DNA of 34,430 nt from Paraglomus brasilianum (lineage: Eukaryota): positions 1 to 34,430 of the forward strand of contig CAJVPI010000341.1 in assembly GCA_910592345.1 (NCBI GenBank). The letters are read 5' to 3'. Made by a program: the position numbers and the translations under genes. The notes beneath the pieces are model-generated. The model was not told the DNA's origin. It saw only the letters and a program-made list of their open reading frames with translations, and did not search any database. Shown piece after piece: positions 21,602 through 34,327 of the stretch (position 1 is the first letter of the stretch; each line of letters starts with the position of its first letter).

Positions 21602-24600
21602 ATGTCAAGCCTAGAGAAAGGCGAAGACCTCAAACGCATCTCAATCAATAGCGCTTACTCGCCTACCGCAAGTGTGACTATTGATATCCCCGTAACTACC
21701 ATTGTTCCGAATAAGCGAAAAACCAGTCCTATTGCAGTTTCCCCGTCTGGAAGTTATGTTGCTTTATTTGATGATGGAAAAGATTCGATAAGTGTATGGA
21801 TGATGTCGAAGAATGGACTTGAGCCGGTCTCAGAAGTAAATGTGAATTCTAGTACTAATTATCAAGGCTTTGCCATTTCCGATTATGGGTATCTGGCATC
21901 TGGTCACGGTAAATTGTTTATCTGTTGCGTTAGTCAATGTCTTATAGCACAAGACTGCTTTTATTGCAATATAATATCTAACTTGCTGGGTGATTAGTTG
22001 TCTATTCATTTGTCTCAGACAAGCAACAACCGCAACTTGAGCCCGATTTAACTACTTTGAGGACCAGCTTTGCATTCTGCTACACTTTCCTCCCATCTGG
22101 TGAATTCGTTGTTGTCAATGACCTTGGGATTCATCGATACTGCTCGGAAGGCGATCAATGGAAAGACAACGCAACATCGTTTGAATGGTCATCTGAGACG
22201 GAAGAAGCTGTCGACAGGCGGACTCGTCGCAGGCGAGTTCAATATTCGATTATCAACAGAAAGCTAATATGTGCGTATGATGACCACTTGACACAATGGG
22301 ATCTCGGTAGCGGAAAGATGGAGATGGAATATTACCTCGATAATGCTGCTTCTCTACAGGAAAGAAGACACAACGAAGAGAATTACATTATTGCAATAGA
22401 TTCTAATTCAACCTTATCCGCGTTAATAACGCAAGACGATGATTCTCAGAAGCTGACAGTGTATTGGGTGCAAACAGCACTTCCAATGGCGACAGTGCAA
22501 ATTGTCAATGACGCTGACGACTGCATTGTTGCAATGGAGTTTATAGAGTCATCGTCTTGTATATTGTTGGCGACAATAACAAAAATGGGAAAGGCTATGT
22601 TATGGAACCCACACGGTCTGAAATGGAATTCTCCTTCTGGAGACATTGGTGAGCCATTGGACACATTCAATCTTCAAGAATACAGCAAGCTTACAGAGTG
22701 GTTGCCTGGTCTTACCTTTACGCTTAGCAGAGGAATAATATTAACTTCGATAGATGGTATCCCAACTGTCTTACATATATTAACTAAACATATTGAAAAT
22801 TATCGAAACAATTTATTTAATGCTCCATTGAAAGCTACTCTCATTAGAGATCTCGTAACTATTCACTCTGACAATTTATCAGATACACATAATCTAAATG
22901 GAAGATTTCTTCAATGGACCATCAGCCGAAGAACTGGGCTTCGTGTTTACAAAGACTCGTGTTTCGTCTGTTCGATTACCGCTCAAAAGTTTGAATACTT
23001 TGGATGGGTAAAAAACTCGACCATTTTGGACAATGATGAGTTGCTGGTACTCACTAATAGATGTCTGTGTATATTCTTTCTCGATGGTATTAATGATACA
23101 ATAGAAATAAGTTACTACTGGGATGATGACAGATGGCCTGCCTATAGGCCCAAATTTTCCCAATTGAGCTTGATCAATGCCTTGGAAAGGAAAGAAGGCG
23201 CGATATGGTGGGATCTGCTTTTTGAAAAATACGAACACGCTAGCGGACCGCTGCCATCACCAAGCTTCAAAAGTATTTGGTGGCATAAGCAGAATGCCAT
23301 GGAAGATAGTTCCATGCAACGAATTCGTATTTTTAACAACCTTATCCGAATGCTGACAAGTGAAGAAAACCTGGCCAAGTACGGTTATATATTACTCCCA
23401 GAGGCAATTAAACAGCACGATGATGTTATTGTTGAAACTATAGTCAGGACTTGTATTGATCTCTTTTGCAAGAACTCAATTATGTACATTGGATTGTTGC
23501 AGATAATTACTGCATCTCTACCAAAGCTGTGCGAGTACTATCCTGATCAGACAGCATTCTATTTTTCAAAGATACGCTTGATTCTGGAACCGCGTTGTCA
23601 TTCCATAAATCGATTAAAGTTACCTGCTCGCCATCTATACGCATTTTCACGCAGGTTTGGAAGACCAGACGATTTCAGTTATCTGGATACCTCACAAGTA
23701 CCGGAAGTGACATCCACATATTTAGATCTGTTGTTCAATGTGCAGCAGTTAGTCTCTCCGCTCCAGAGCAATATCTCACTGACAATTATATGGTTACGAT
23801 ATGCAGGGCTCTATGCTTTTATATACATTCGTAATACGCTAATAACATTTATGTATAGAATTTTAATCCCTATTACGTACAGTGTAATACGCGTTAAGAG
23901 ACGTTCCACTCTAACGCTTGTGGTTGGGTTACCAAGATTCTGCGCATACCCACCAAATTACTCGTTCTTGAAAGATTTCCTCTTCCCAGCATCAAGCCCG
24001 TTCGTAACAAGCACCGTGAGCGATAATCGCGACTTGTTTAGAACGTGGGATGGAGAAGCATTGATAAATTTCAAATGGCAAACATTTGGCTTGTATTACT
24101 ACATATTTATCTGGATACAGTTCATAGCGTTGTTTGTATGCTTTGCAGCTACGATGACAGATGGCGAGTCCGCCCTAGTTGATAAACCCACAAAAAGAAA
24201 CCTAGTCTTGGCATCAGCTATACTTACAGTATGGCATCTTCATTTTGAAGTCAGGCAATTCATTTGGAATCCAGTATATTATGTTTTATCTCCGTGGAAT
24301 TGGATCGGTAAGTTGATGCGCAATCATTTAACCATTATAGTCATATTTATACGATTCAACTTTTTCTAATGCCTGTTCCGATTTGTATACGTAGATTGCG
24401 GTGCATTTGGTTTCCCTCTTGTTACTTCCTTGTTTTTTCTGCAAGGGTATGATGTGCCAAGATGGATGTCAGCATTTTCCATCCTGCTCCTTTGGATGAA
24501 ATTTTTACTGTTAATTCGGCCTTTCAAATATTTTGGCATTTACATAGCAATAATCTTTGGGGTTGCACAGCAAGTCTTTTCCTTCTTGGTGGTTCTTGGA

Positions 24601-25600
24601 ATCATGATCGTAGGCTTTGCTCACGCATTTTTCGTATTGCTGAGACCCATGCCGAATTCATCATTTAACACGCCACCAAGCTCACTAGACGGAGAAGATC
24701 CAAATGATCCGTGGCAGCTGACACCGACTTATAGCCAAATGTTAAACAATGGTACACTTGTAGATGGCGCGACACTGATTCAGGATCCAGATGCAAATAC
24801 TAATATGTACTCGTGGTTCGGCTCCTCGCTCTTGGGAGTATACAGGTTTCTTGCTGGTAAGATTGATAACCATGGGGTCTATTTAACAGGGGTCCGTATT
24901 ATTTCATCGACAATCATTACAGTAAATTTCACCGACACTTAACTACCAAAAAAGGATAAATTCGAAATAATGTTGGTGAATATTTGTCGGCGAAATGATT
25001 GTCGATGAAATGATTGCCTCCCATTTAACAGTTATCACATAACTATATTCATTAAATTTGCCCAAATAGGTGACTGGTCATCTTTTGACGGGTGGAATGC
25101 AAGAGATAATCCTGAACTGGCAGTGATGATGGTTGCATTCTCATTTTTTACTGTGATCTATTTAATGAACCTGTTCATTGGTTTGTTGGGTAATGCAATC
25201 AATACGTATCATGAGCACGGGTCATACTTGGCACAAAAAGCAGAGGTATTGTACTAATCAACTATGCGTCAATATCGTTTGCGTTGCGAGTTCTGTTATT
25301 CAAAAACATGAATTGTCTTTATAGGTATTAGCCGAAATCGAGTTATTTTATCTACTTCCACATCAACGAAGATCAACATGGTTTCCTGATATGATGTAAG
25401 TACTTGACTAAGAAATACTGGATTATCATCAGTTCTATTCTGACGTTGTCATTTATGGTAATATTAGATATTTCGAGGCTGATACAAAAGAATTACGGCA
25501 AGTCATGCAAGAAAATGTTCAAAATAATCCCAACTATTTGCGTGAGCTTCCAAAGCACACCATGAGAATATTGAAGATTTTTGGATATCAAATCAGTTGA
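21602..25600 (+). CDS. TRP-like cation channel with long N-terminal (beta-propeller-like) region; exons 21602-21908, 21998-24307, 24395-24856, 25070-25245, 25325-25395, 25468-25600
   Basis: TWDGEALINFKWQTFG, HLHFEVRQFIWNP, YFGIYIAIIFGVAQQVFSFL, GFAHAFFVLL, DPNDPW, S6 FFTVIYLMNLFIGLL, TRP-box-like YLAQKAE|VLAEIELFYLLPHQRR..WFP. All junctions are GT-AG and in frame. Confidence 0.88.
24890..25022. mobile_element. 133-bp MITE with 9-bp target-site duplication (Mutator-like) inside an intron of the channel gene
   Basis: atttaacag at 24881-89 and 25023-31 flanks an element with GGG...CCC ends and a perfect 18-bp inverted repeat atttcatcgacaatcatt / aatgattgtcgatgaaat. Confidence 0.85.
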
Positions 25601-25841
25601 ATGTAAACTAACTATTTTGTGAGGATAATTGGGTGTTGGCTAATATTATTTTCTAATCAAAGATCCATTAAAAAAGTTCCAAGCTATTTAATTTAATACA
25701 AAAGGCATCTGCATATAATGTTCTACTGATATGATTCGTCAATAATGCACATAGAATACACATGCAAATGCGTCATTCCAATCGTTATAAAGCACTTTGT
25801 ATTCACGTCAAAGAAAGTGAATCTTTTGAAAAGCCTTCTGT

Positions 25842-27644
25842 CTAATCTTCATCCATTCTATCGCCTTCCGGATAATCTTGGTCTGTATTGTTATCCCGTG
25901 ATCGCTCACTTCCTTCACCTTGTCCTTGCACTTGTTCTTGAATAGCACGAAGAAATGCTTCCACCCCTGTAGTGAATAAATAAATGCAAGTCCAGTATAT
26001 ATGTACGTATTCAAGTTGTAAGCTAACTGGAAAATGATCACACCAATTACTCACCGTTACCAGCAGACGGATCCAGACCAAGTTGTGACAATAGTGGTCC
26101 TAATTCTCCTGATTGCAAGGCAACACTGAGTGTCTGTAAAGCCTGTTTGAACAGTATATATAATTAATATACATTAATGAGATATACAAAAAAGCTTGTA
26201 AATACTATTATCTTCGCACTTGGTGGAACTGCGGACTTCGCATGACTTCTCGTAACTCCTCTGGTGTTCTTTCAATGTTTTGGGGAATTTCTGGGAATAA
26301 TACTATCAAAAAGTAACATTAGCCAACAGAGAATTTTTTATTTTTCTTGAATAAAACGTTTACTACCTGATGCTATTTCTGGGTTATTCAATAATGGCTC
26401 AATGGCGGATGGTGTAAGAATGTCCGCCAAATTCAAATCTATAGATAAACCAAGTTAGTATGGCATTCAGATAGAGTAAACCGGTTAATGTACTTACCAG
26501 GTTGATGGTCTCCTTCTATGTTACAAACACAAAACAAATAACACTGAATTATTGCATTGTTAACAGAAGAGACGGAAAAAAAAAATCTAAGAGTTATGCG
26601 TTTCCTTATCTTACCCGGAACTTGTATTCTAGACAGGATGTTTCTGAGACTGCCCAATTGTTCAGATGTCATGCCCGCTTGTTCGGAAGCAGGCGTTGTT
26701 AAATGCTCTTCGGATAAAATATTCGTTGAAGGTTGTGGTTCTGTTGCAGTTGTTGTCGCAGGAATATTTAATCCTCTAGGATAATGTTAAGATAAACTTT
26801 GAATGAAACCAACTCGGCCGAATAAATCACGATCACACGTTTTTCCTTCTCCCTACCCAAAGGCACCATGCTGCTGTAAGATCTGAAATAACTGATCTTG
26901 ATCCATTCCCAAGCCGGAAAACTCATCCATTGGACGGAATGAACCCGGCATAGCACTGCTGCTACTACTTTGCTGTCTGTTCTCCGCCAGGGCCCCTTGT
27001 GGATCGTTAATTAATCGGTTTACTCTGGCAAGATTTTCCTCATCCTTGTCATCTTTCGCGTTCTGAGCCCAGAAAAAGTAATTCTCCTTATTAGATTTGA
27101 AAGTCAACAAGAATACGCGTCCTGTTGTACACTGTGGCACTCGGACGAACTCGCATTCCTCAGGAATGACGATGAGATCCTGGATACGTCGATGTTCGGC
27201 AAGTAAAAAGAATAAGCAAATGCAAATTCAACGTTGCGTGTGTGGCGATAACGGTCAATATGGTTACCAGTTCAACAGCGCCAGTTTTCCGATCCTTCCA
27301 GTAAAAGTGCATTAATCCATCCTCTCCCTGCAATAGGAAGAATAGTTAGCAGACTGAGAGACAATTGGAAAAATCGAATAAAAATCAAATTTCACACCTG
27401 ATCCATGTATACCAATCTACAGTCATTAATGTTCATGCAAGTTAATAATCAGCAGGAATTCCAAAGGACACAATTATGTTTGGCCAACAAATCTAACAAC
27501 GCACCCTTTCTTCTCGTCAGGTTTAACCCAATTTGTCTCTCCATCGCGAAACAGTCTTCCAGCCTTAATTTCCAAAGGATACTTTCTCCGAGGAGCTGGC
27601 GCTGGAAACAGTGGTGTCGCAGTTCTAAATCCGCTAGCCGACAT
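25842..27644 (-). CDS. RPN13: Proteasomal ubiquitin receptor Rpn13/ADRM1 (Pru + DEUBAD), multi-exon
   Basis: LEIKAGRLFRDGETNWVKPDEKKG|LVYMDQ|GEDGLMHFYWKDR|DLIVIPEECEF...TTGRVFLLTFKS...FFWAQ; C-terminal RSPQFHQ|ALQTLSVALQSGELGPLLSQLGL...GVEAFLRAI. Confidence 0.95.
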
Positions 27645-27966
27645 AAGTATCAAAAAGTGCAATGGAGAATTGGTCCCACTCGCCGTCTGAATTCTTTCTC
27701 GTGATTGTTCACTTACGTAACGACAAACGTACGTATTACGGACAAATGTCCAATCATGTACTGACAAGTGTTCCTATCAAAGTAGGGAGAGCAAAAATTT
27801 TTCGATTTTCGAAAAAGTCCAAGGCAAGCGAAAACATGTATTGGCATAATTTGTCATTCCTGTGGCTTTCATAAGGAAAGCCTGAATTATTAATATTGAA
27901 TATACTATATATTATGTAATAACATAAGCAGATTTACCAGGAAATCCTCGATCTATCATAGCCCAT
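27645..27966. promoter_or_regulatory. Short divergent promoter region between RPN13 and NOC2 with an RRPE-like motif
   Basis: 322 bp between head-to-head start codons; aaaaatttttcg at 27793-27804 resembles the fungal ribosome-biogenesis RRPE element. Confidence 0.5.
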
Positions 27967-30731
27967 ATGAAAAAGCGGTCAACAAAAGCGAAGGGGAAAA
28001 GCTCCAAAAATGAGGCTTCCCAGCACAAACAACAGTTAGAAGCATTGAAAGAAAAAGATCCAGAGTTCTTTGAGTATCTTCAAAAGAACGATAAAGGTTT
28101 GCTCGAATTCGATCTATCTGACGAATCCGGTGAAGAAAGCATTGAAGAGGATTATGACAGTGACGATGATGATATTGATGACGATGATATTGATGATGAG
28201 GTTGGGAATGTTGTTGTTGATGATGAGGATGATGATGAGGATGATGAGATCGAAGACGTTGATGACAGTGATGAAAACGATCTGGGCGATTACGAGGATT
28301 TCGACGATGACGATGACGATGAGGAGGAGGAAAATGATGATGATGAGGAAGATAAGAGTGTCAGCAATGAAGACCGAATGGAGATGGATTCAAACGACGA
28401 AGAAGCACAAGCACTTAAAAAAGCTGGCTTGAAGGATCAAGAGAAAGTTACTGGACCTTCAATAGTAACCAATGAGCTTGTCTCAAGTTGGCAGCACGCC
28501 ATCATTAAGGTGCGCTATCCTGTCCGTATTTTTACAAAACTATGCATTGCTTCCACCACATGCTAATTTGAGTCTTTTTGACAGAAAAAATCTCTCCGTA
28601 TTCTCAAACGTCTTCTCCTTGCGTTTCGCGCTGCCGCCCACGTCAATGATGCTGACGACACTTCCAAAATATTTGCCTACAAAGTTACCAGTGCTGCTGG
28701 TAGATTGATTCTTATTCTAAAGACTGAGTTGTTATCATTTTAACAGATAACTCAATTAATTTTGATCATAGTGTTCAACAACCTTGTGGTCGTTTGCCTG
28801 AAACATGTGAGCGACGTGTTCGATCACCACTTGAAAACAAAAGATCTTGTTACGAAAAAGTAAGACATCTAATCTTTATAATAGAATGTTTTGTAAGCGT
28901 TACCGCGTGTCTCTCTCTTATATTAACTCCATTCTATTTGGTATAAGAAATCTCCCCAATACAGCTAAGAAATGGAAGACTGTCGAACCTCTCGTACGAT
29001 CCTACATCACTAGCCTTCTCCATCTTCTTAGAAACCTTTCTGAGAACGATATGGTGTACTTTGTATTGAAGGAAACAGAGAAGACTATTCCATATCTTTT
29101 GTGTTTTACTAAACAGTCAAATACTTATTTGAAAGAGTTGTTGCAATTCTGGGGAACTGGAGATGATAAAGTGAAAATTGCTTCGTTTTTAAACGTGCGT
29201 ACTCTGGTGACTACGGCCCCTAAACCGTTTGTTGAAACTTGTTTGAAGGTAAGTTGAGACCTAGTAGCTGGTAATTTATGGTTTACTGGAAATAAATTGT
29301 CTTATGACTTGGGAAGCACTGACAATATTTTTAACCTCCAAAGGGAATATATATGACGTTTGTTCGTAATTGTCAGACCACTACAACACACACTTTGCCG
29401 GGGATAAATCTCATGCGCAATTGCGGAGTTCAGGTTTTTGGCATTGATTTAAATACATCATATCAAACAGCGTTTGTTTACATTCGACAATTGGCCATAC
29501 ACTTGAGAAATTCCATGGCAATAAAGAGTCAAGTAAGAATCTATAATCAATTTGTGGGTTGAAACTAGGAAACAGCCTCGTTGAGCTAACACTCTAAATA
29601 CTTGTTTAGGAATCGTACAAATCAGTATATAATTGGCAATTCATTCACTGTATAGAATTCTGGTCACAAGTGCTCGCAACTTATTGTGATAAGCAACGCG
29701 TTGCAGAGTCGGGGGAAAATATTCTGCAACCATTAATTTATCCTTTGGTGCAAGTGACAATCGGAGTAATAAGGTACCACAATATCGATCGTCCGTACTA
29801 TTAATCTTTTTATTTTGAGCAGAGACAGATCATCTCACGATTGTTTTACTCCCCCCCCTCCCCTTTCCACATATCATCTCCATGTCGCCGCTTTATTTAT
29901 TCTTCTACGATAACTCAAAAGACTAGTCCCAGCATCACAATACTTTCCACTTCACTTTCATTGCCTACATTCTCTGATCCACCTATCTGGCCGCACAGGA
30001 GTATTCATCCCGCTTGCACCATACATATTTTCTATTCTTTCCTCGCCCGAGATTCGGCGTAAGCCCAAGCCATCAACGTTAAAACCTTTAGACTTTTCTG
30101 TACACCTGAAGGCTCCCAAAAGTTATTTACATACCAGAGTATATCAGGATGGATTAATAGAGGAGTTGGTAAGAGTGATGGAAGAGTATTATGGAGGACT
30201 ATGCTTGTCGATAGCATTTCCAGAATTGGCTATTCCGGCCGTCGTCCAGGTATGTTATAAGACGCGGTTGAGACTCAAGTGTCGCATAGTCTTGGGCATC
30301 AAATAATTGAAAGGATTTTGTTGTAGATAAAGAGACACATTAAGAAGTCGAAGAATTTGAAACTGAATAAGCAACTTCATGTTTTGGTTGAGAAGGTTAG
30401 TGACCAAAGTAATAAGAATGCGAATTCGGATAACCTTTTATTAACCAAACGTCTTGTTGCTTGAATGAACAGTTTGAGCAAAATGCAAAATATATCCAGC
30501 AAAAACGTCTACACGTAGAATTCAGTCCCAACAACCGAGCACAAGTGGTAATATATACTTTATTTGTAATGTCCTTACTCCAAGTCGGCCGTTGTTTACA
30601 GGAATTTTATCTTCATTCTACAGAAAGCATTTTTGAAAGATTCATCTCCCGAAGAGACTCCTCTTGGAGCTTATATACAATCAGTTAGAAAAGTAAAAGA
30701 ACAAAGGAAACAATTAATTGAACAAAGTTGA
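27967..30731 (+). CDS. NOC2: Nucleolar complex protein 2 (Noc2), multi-exon
   Basis: [29 protein letters not shown], acidic tract, [48 protein letters not shown]; stop at 30729-31. Confidence 0.95.
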
Positions 30732-31491
30732 TATGGATCTAGGCAAATAAAACCTTTTTAGGTCGCCCAAATAGAGTAGCATAAAATAAAATCTGAATTT
30801 AAATTACGTCCTCAAGTATAAGTGCGTGTAAGTGCTGGCAAGCATCTTTATAAATAGCGAACATTCAGGTCAGCGAATATACCGATAAAGGAAACGTGTT
30901 TTGTTATAATGCATTATTGTCGCAATCTAATTTGTGACATTATGATTTGGCGATCATGGTATAAGAGAGGACGTCATCAATTATTGCAAGTACTGTATAT
31001 CACGTCAAATCCACACAGTCTAGACATTTTTACTGAATCAAAGTCGCGTTAAAGTTAACCAGTTTTAAAGAGCGTGCTAAATTTAAAACATTATACACAA
31101 TTTATTATATTTATGTGTATATTGTTACATTAGAACTAGAAGTCGATAAGGCGAGAGCTTTGTTTGGCGGATGACGGTTGGAATGAAGAAGAAGAAGAAG
31201 AAGTTGATAACGCGGGAATGAAGATGAACTTTCTCCAAACATAGATATTAAGACAAAAGCGGGCAACGACTATTGCATCAGTTACGCATCATGCGTTCTT
31301 CTCGACGTCGACAAAACGGAGTAATACACCCTTGCCATAAATTTACAAAATATCAACGTCCACTTACTCAGTTGATTGGGACCTGGGAAATCGACAATCA
31401 TGCAAACCTCTTCATACACTCTTCGTACGATCAAAATAAATCACATAAACATAAAACAAAACAATCCATTCAGAGTACATAATCACCGATA

Positions 31492-31650
31492 AATCCTGAA
31501 TTCTTCAACGATGCTCCAGTACATAAGCTCAATCCTGATAATAAACTCATCAACATTATTATTCGCTTCTTCGCACCAAATATGACATTAGTCATCTAGC
31601 CATATGATGCTGGAATAATCGCAAGTTTCAAGGCTCAATACGGAAACTAT
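31492..31650 (+). pseudogene. pogo/Tigger (DDE_1) transposase fragment
   Basis: NDAPVHKLNPDNKLINIIIRFFAPNMTLVI*PYDAGIIASFKAQY matches the DNAPSH...FLPPNTTS.LQP.DAGII.SFK..Y consensus. In-frame stop. Confidence 0.75.
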
Positions 31651-31719
31651 TCATTCAACAACGTATCAACTTCCTTGACACAAATGGTACAAGTGAGGTT
31701 CTCGAGTTATCTGATTAGG

Positions 31720-31981
31720 TCTTTATCGCCAGTACAACGGTGGGATTTAGGAAAGTTCAAGAGATTCTCTTGGTACACGTAATATTAATGACCTTGCTCT
31801 TTGCAATGCACCGAACGATCTAGGGTTTAGATAAATATTCCTATTAGTGAAGTATTTTGGGACCCACCATCTCCAATTCCACCTGCATATGTTCCAGTAA
31901 TCCCGACAAACATAATCGGGGACAGTTTCAATATTGATCTGTACCGGACCCGACGCGTAGCTAATACAGAAGAAACTTGAG
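31720..31981 (+). pseudogene. Frameshifted C-terminal fragment of a multicopy fungal protein family, possibly Uma2/PD-(D/E)XK-like
   Basis: SPVQRWDLG / SSRDSLGTRNINDLALCNAPNDLGF / INIPISEVFWDPPSPIPPAYVPVIPTNIIGDSFNIDLYR across three frames. Family assignment is from recall only. Confidence 0.4.
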
Positions 31982-32097
31982 ACCCTGAAGCGGCATTTAC
32001 TGAAGTAGTGCATCGTAAAAGTGAAATAGGGTTATCCTTTTTTATTTTCGGTTATAATGATATTGTGCATTATTAACAGAATTTGTTTATTTAGATA

Positions 32098-32653
32098 CAG
32101 TCGAACCTCGTTATACCGAAGTGTCGGGGGGGGGGGGGCATTCATGATTCGGTATAGTGAGGTACCTCTATATAACGAAGTTAGGCCTAGCGTCAAGCAA
32201 TATTCATTATAATGAGACTTATGTGAATAATATCTTTACTTCAATTTACAAACAATAATACATGAATATAATATAATAATTATACTAATCAGTAACAAAT
32301 GAATCTATTAGAGTTTGTTTTTGCTTTGCAATACTATGCAATCCCACCTTATGATGACTGAATTAAAAAACAGTCGGGCTGAATCATATATTGGCCCACA
32401 AATATGACAGCTAAAATCATATTATTAAAATTTTTAATACTGTATACGTGTCGTATGATGCAACCAAAAATCGTACGTACGTACAACCAATCACTATTCT
32501 ACAATTTTTATCGCGTGATAAAACTTCGGTATAAAGCGATTAGTAGTCTATGTAAAAATCCTGCATCGAACTTCGGTAACGGTATAGCGAGGGAAGTTTA
32601 CTATTTAAAAAACGGGGGAGCCAGAATTCCTTCGGTATAACGAGGTTTGACTA
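32098..32653. mobile_element. pogo/Tigger-type MITE, 556 bp, 24-bp TIRs, TA target duplication
   Basis: TA|cagtcgaacctcgttataccgaag ... cttcggtataacgaggtttgacta|TA (22/24 match); internal copies of ttcggtata near 32148 and 32525. Confidence 0.9.
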
Positions 32654-33650
32654 TAGTAATGGCGCGACCTTTGGTTACATAACATGCAAAATTTCTGCAA
32701 TCTTTACATTTTACTTCAAATATCACTCGCCTAGAAAAAGTCTATTAGCTTACGACTCAGAAAGTAAATGCTGAGCTTCAACCAAGCAAAGTAAGTAAAC
32801 TCACCTTAATTGCATCCAGCGCATTTTTTTCGCCAGCATTCTTCGTACTGTAATTTGTAATAGTAACGAATCATTGGAGTTTTTGGATGAACAACCATCC
32901 TTATAGTTATCAAGGGAACCATTTCTTTATTAAGCCAACTACAGTATCCCTAGTTGTACGTTCATGTAGTACATCTACATAATGTTTTAACGATTTTCTA
33001 TTCCCTTAACCTTCTTTTTAAGCTTATTGTGCTGAGAATGACAATCATGCAGTTCTTTTTCTAACGCTCTAATTCGATCTAAGAGCATTATAATAAAACT
33101 TTCAGGCCGTATAATTTATTTTTGCTTTTCGAAACACAAAGAATTAATTTAAAATTTAATATATTACTAGCTAGCACACTGCAATTTTGTAAACATGTTC
33201 ACACTCGGTGCGCTAAATTCAGTGTTAATTTTACGGTAATTGCATTGTTCAATATTTTGCATTTAATTGCAAATTTAGGGGGGATCGGTGACTACCAAAT
33301 AGTACCCTCGATTCAAAATTCGATTTCTCAACGAACACGCAAAATCAATTACTGAAAAGTATCTTGAGCTCAAGGCTCTCGAGCTTAAACTTGACGTAAC
33401 TGTAATTCCGATCATTGTTATTATATTAATACTTATGACTGGTCATTGTTGCAAACTATCACTAATGCATTCGTATATCCATATATCGTTTAAGGGAAGA
33501 CGATATTATACAAAAGAGGTACTGTAACAGACATTCTCATATAAATTGACGCGATTATAATTGACTCTTTCAATATCGTATCTTATAAATACAAAAGATT
33601 AAGCTTAAAAATAAGTTTGTACGTTAATATAAGCTGTGTACAGACATATC

Positions 33651-34324
33651 ATACACATTTCATGAAGGAAGGTTCAATATTGAGCGAAACATAATTACGT
33701 AAAATTGTACTAACAATTTCGAACTTTGGTTGTCGAACTTCGATCATAAGACAACTTTGAAAAGTTTTGTTTTAACGTGTCTTATGTGAGTAAGTAAAAA
33801 CGTTTGAAAAGTCTTAAAATACGCAACTATAAATTTTTACAGCGTAATATTAAAATTGATCAAATAATGATCCAAAACGTAAATATAAATTTATTGAATA
33901 TATTAATATAATTGATACTTTGTAGGGTTTCCTTTGTTGGTTATAACAGCAGGAACTCGATAATAATAAGACATGCTGTCTACAAGGGTTTGTATCTGAT
34001 TACTGATTTAATTTATAACAAACAAACGCGTACTAATTTTGTGCCCTTTATTAGATGCAAACAATGCTTATTGAGTGAAGTCATTAATACAAGACGTGTC
34101 TAATATATAATACTATTTTTACGTTTTGGACCAATTCTTAATCTTACACTGTAAAAATTTTGTATTTTAAGACTTTTCAAACGCTGTTACTTAATCACGT
34201 TAAAACAAAACTTTTCAAAGTTGTCTTATGATCGAAGTTCGACAACCAAAGTTCGAAATTGTTAGTACAACTTTACGTAATTATGTTTCGCTCAATATTG
34301 AACCGTCCTTCATGAAATGTGTAT
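33651..34324. mobile_element. Foldback-like non-autonomous element with long (about 210-235 bp) inverted repeats
   Basis: 33651-33779 is the near-perfect reverse complement of 34196-34324 (atacacatttcatgaagga...gttttgttttaacgtg). Gapped similarity extends to about 33885/34115. Ends can be read as TA|CACATTT...AAATGTG|TA. Confidence 0.92.
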
Positions 34325-34327
34325 ACA

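Noticed and set aside
28070..28432. Met-rich ORF
   Set aside because: Alternative frame of the GAT/GAC-rich acidic tract of NOC2.
32780..33130. Coding-like minus-strand stretch with a splice-donor-like gtgagt
   Set aside because: Multiple stops and no motif I can assign.
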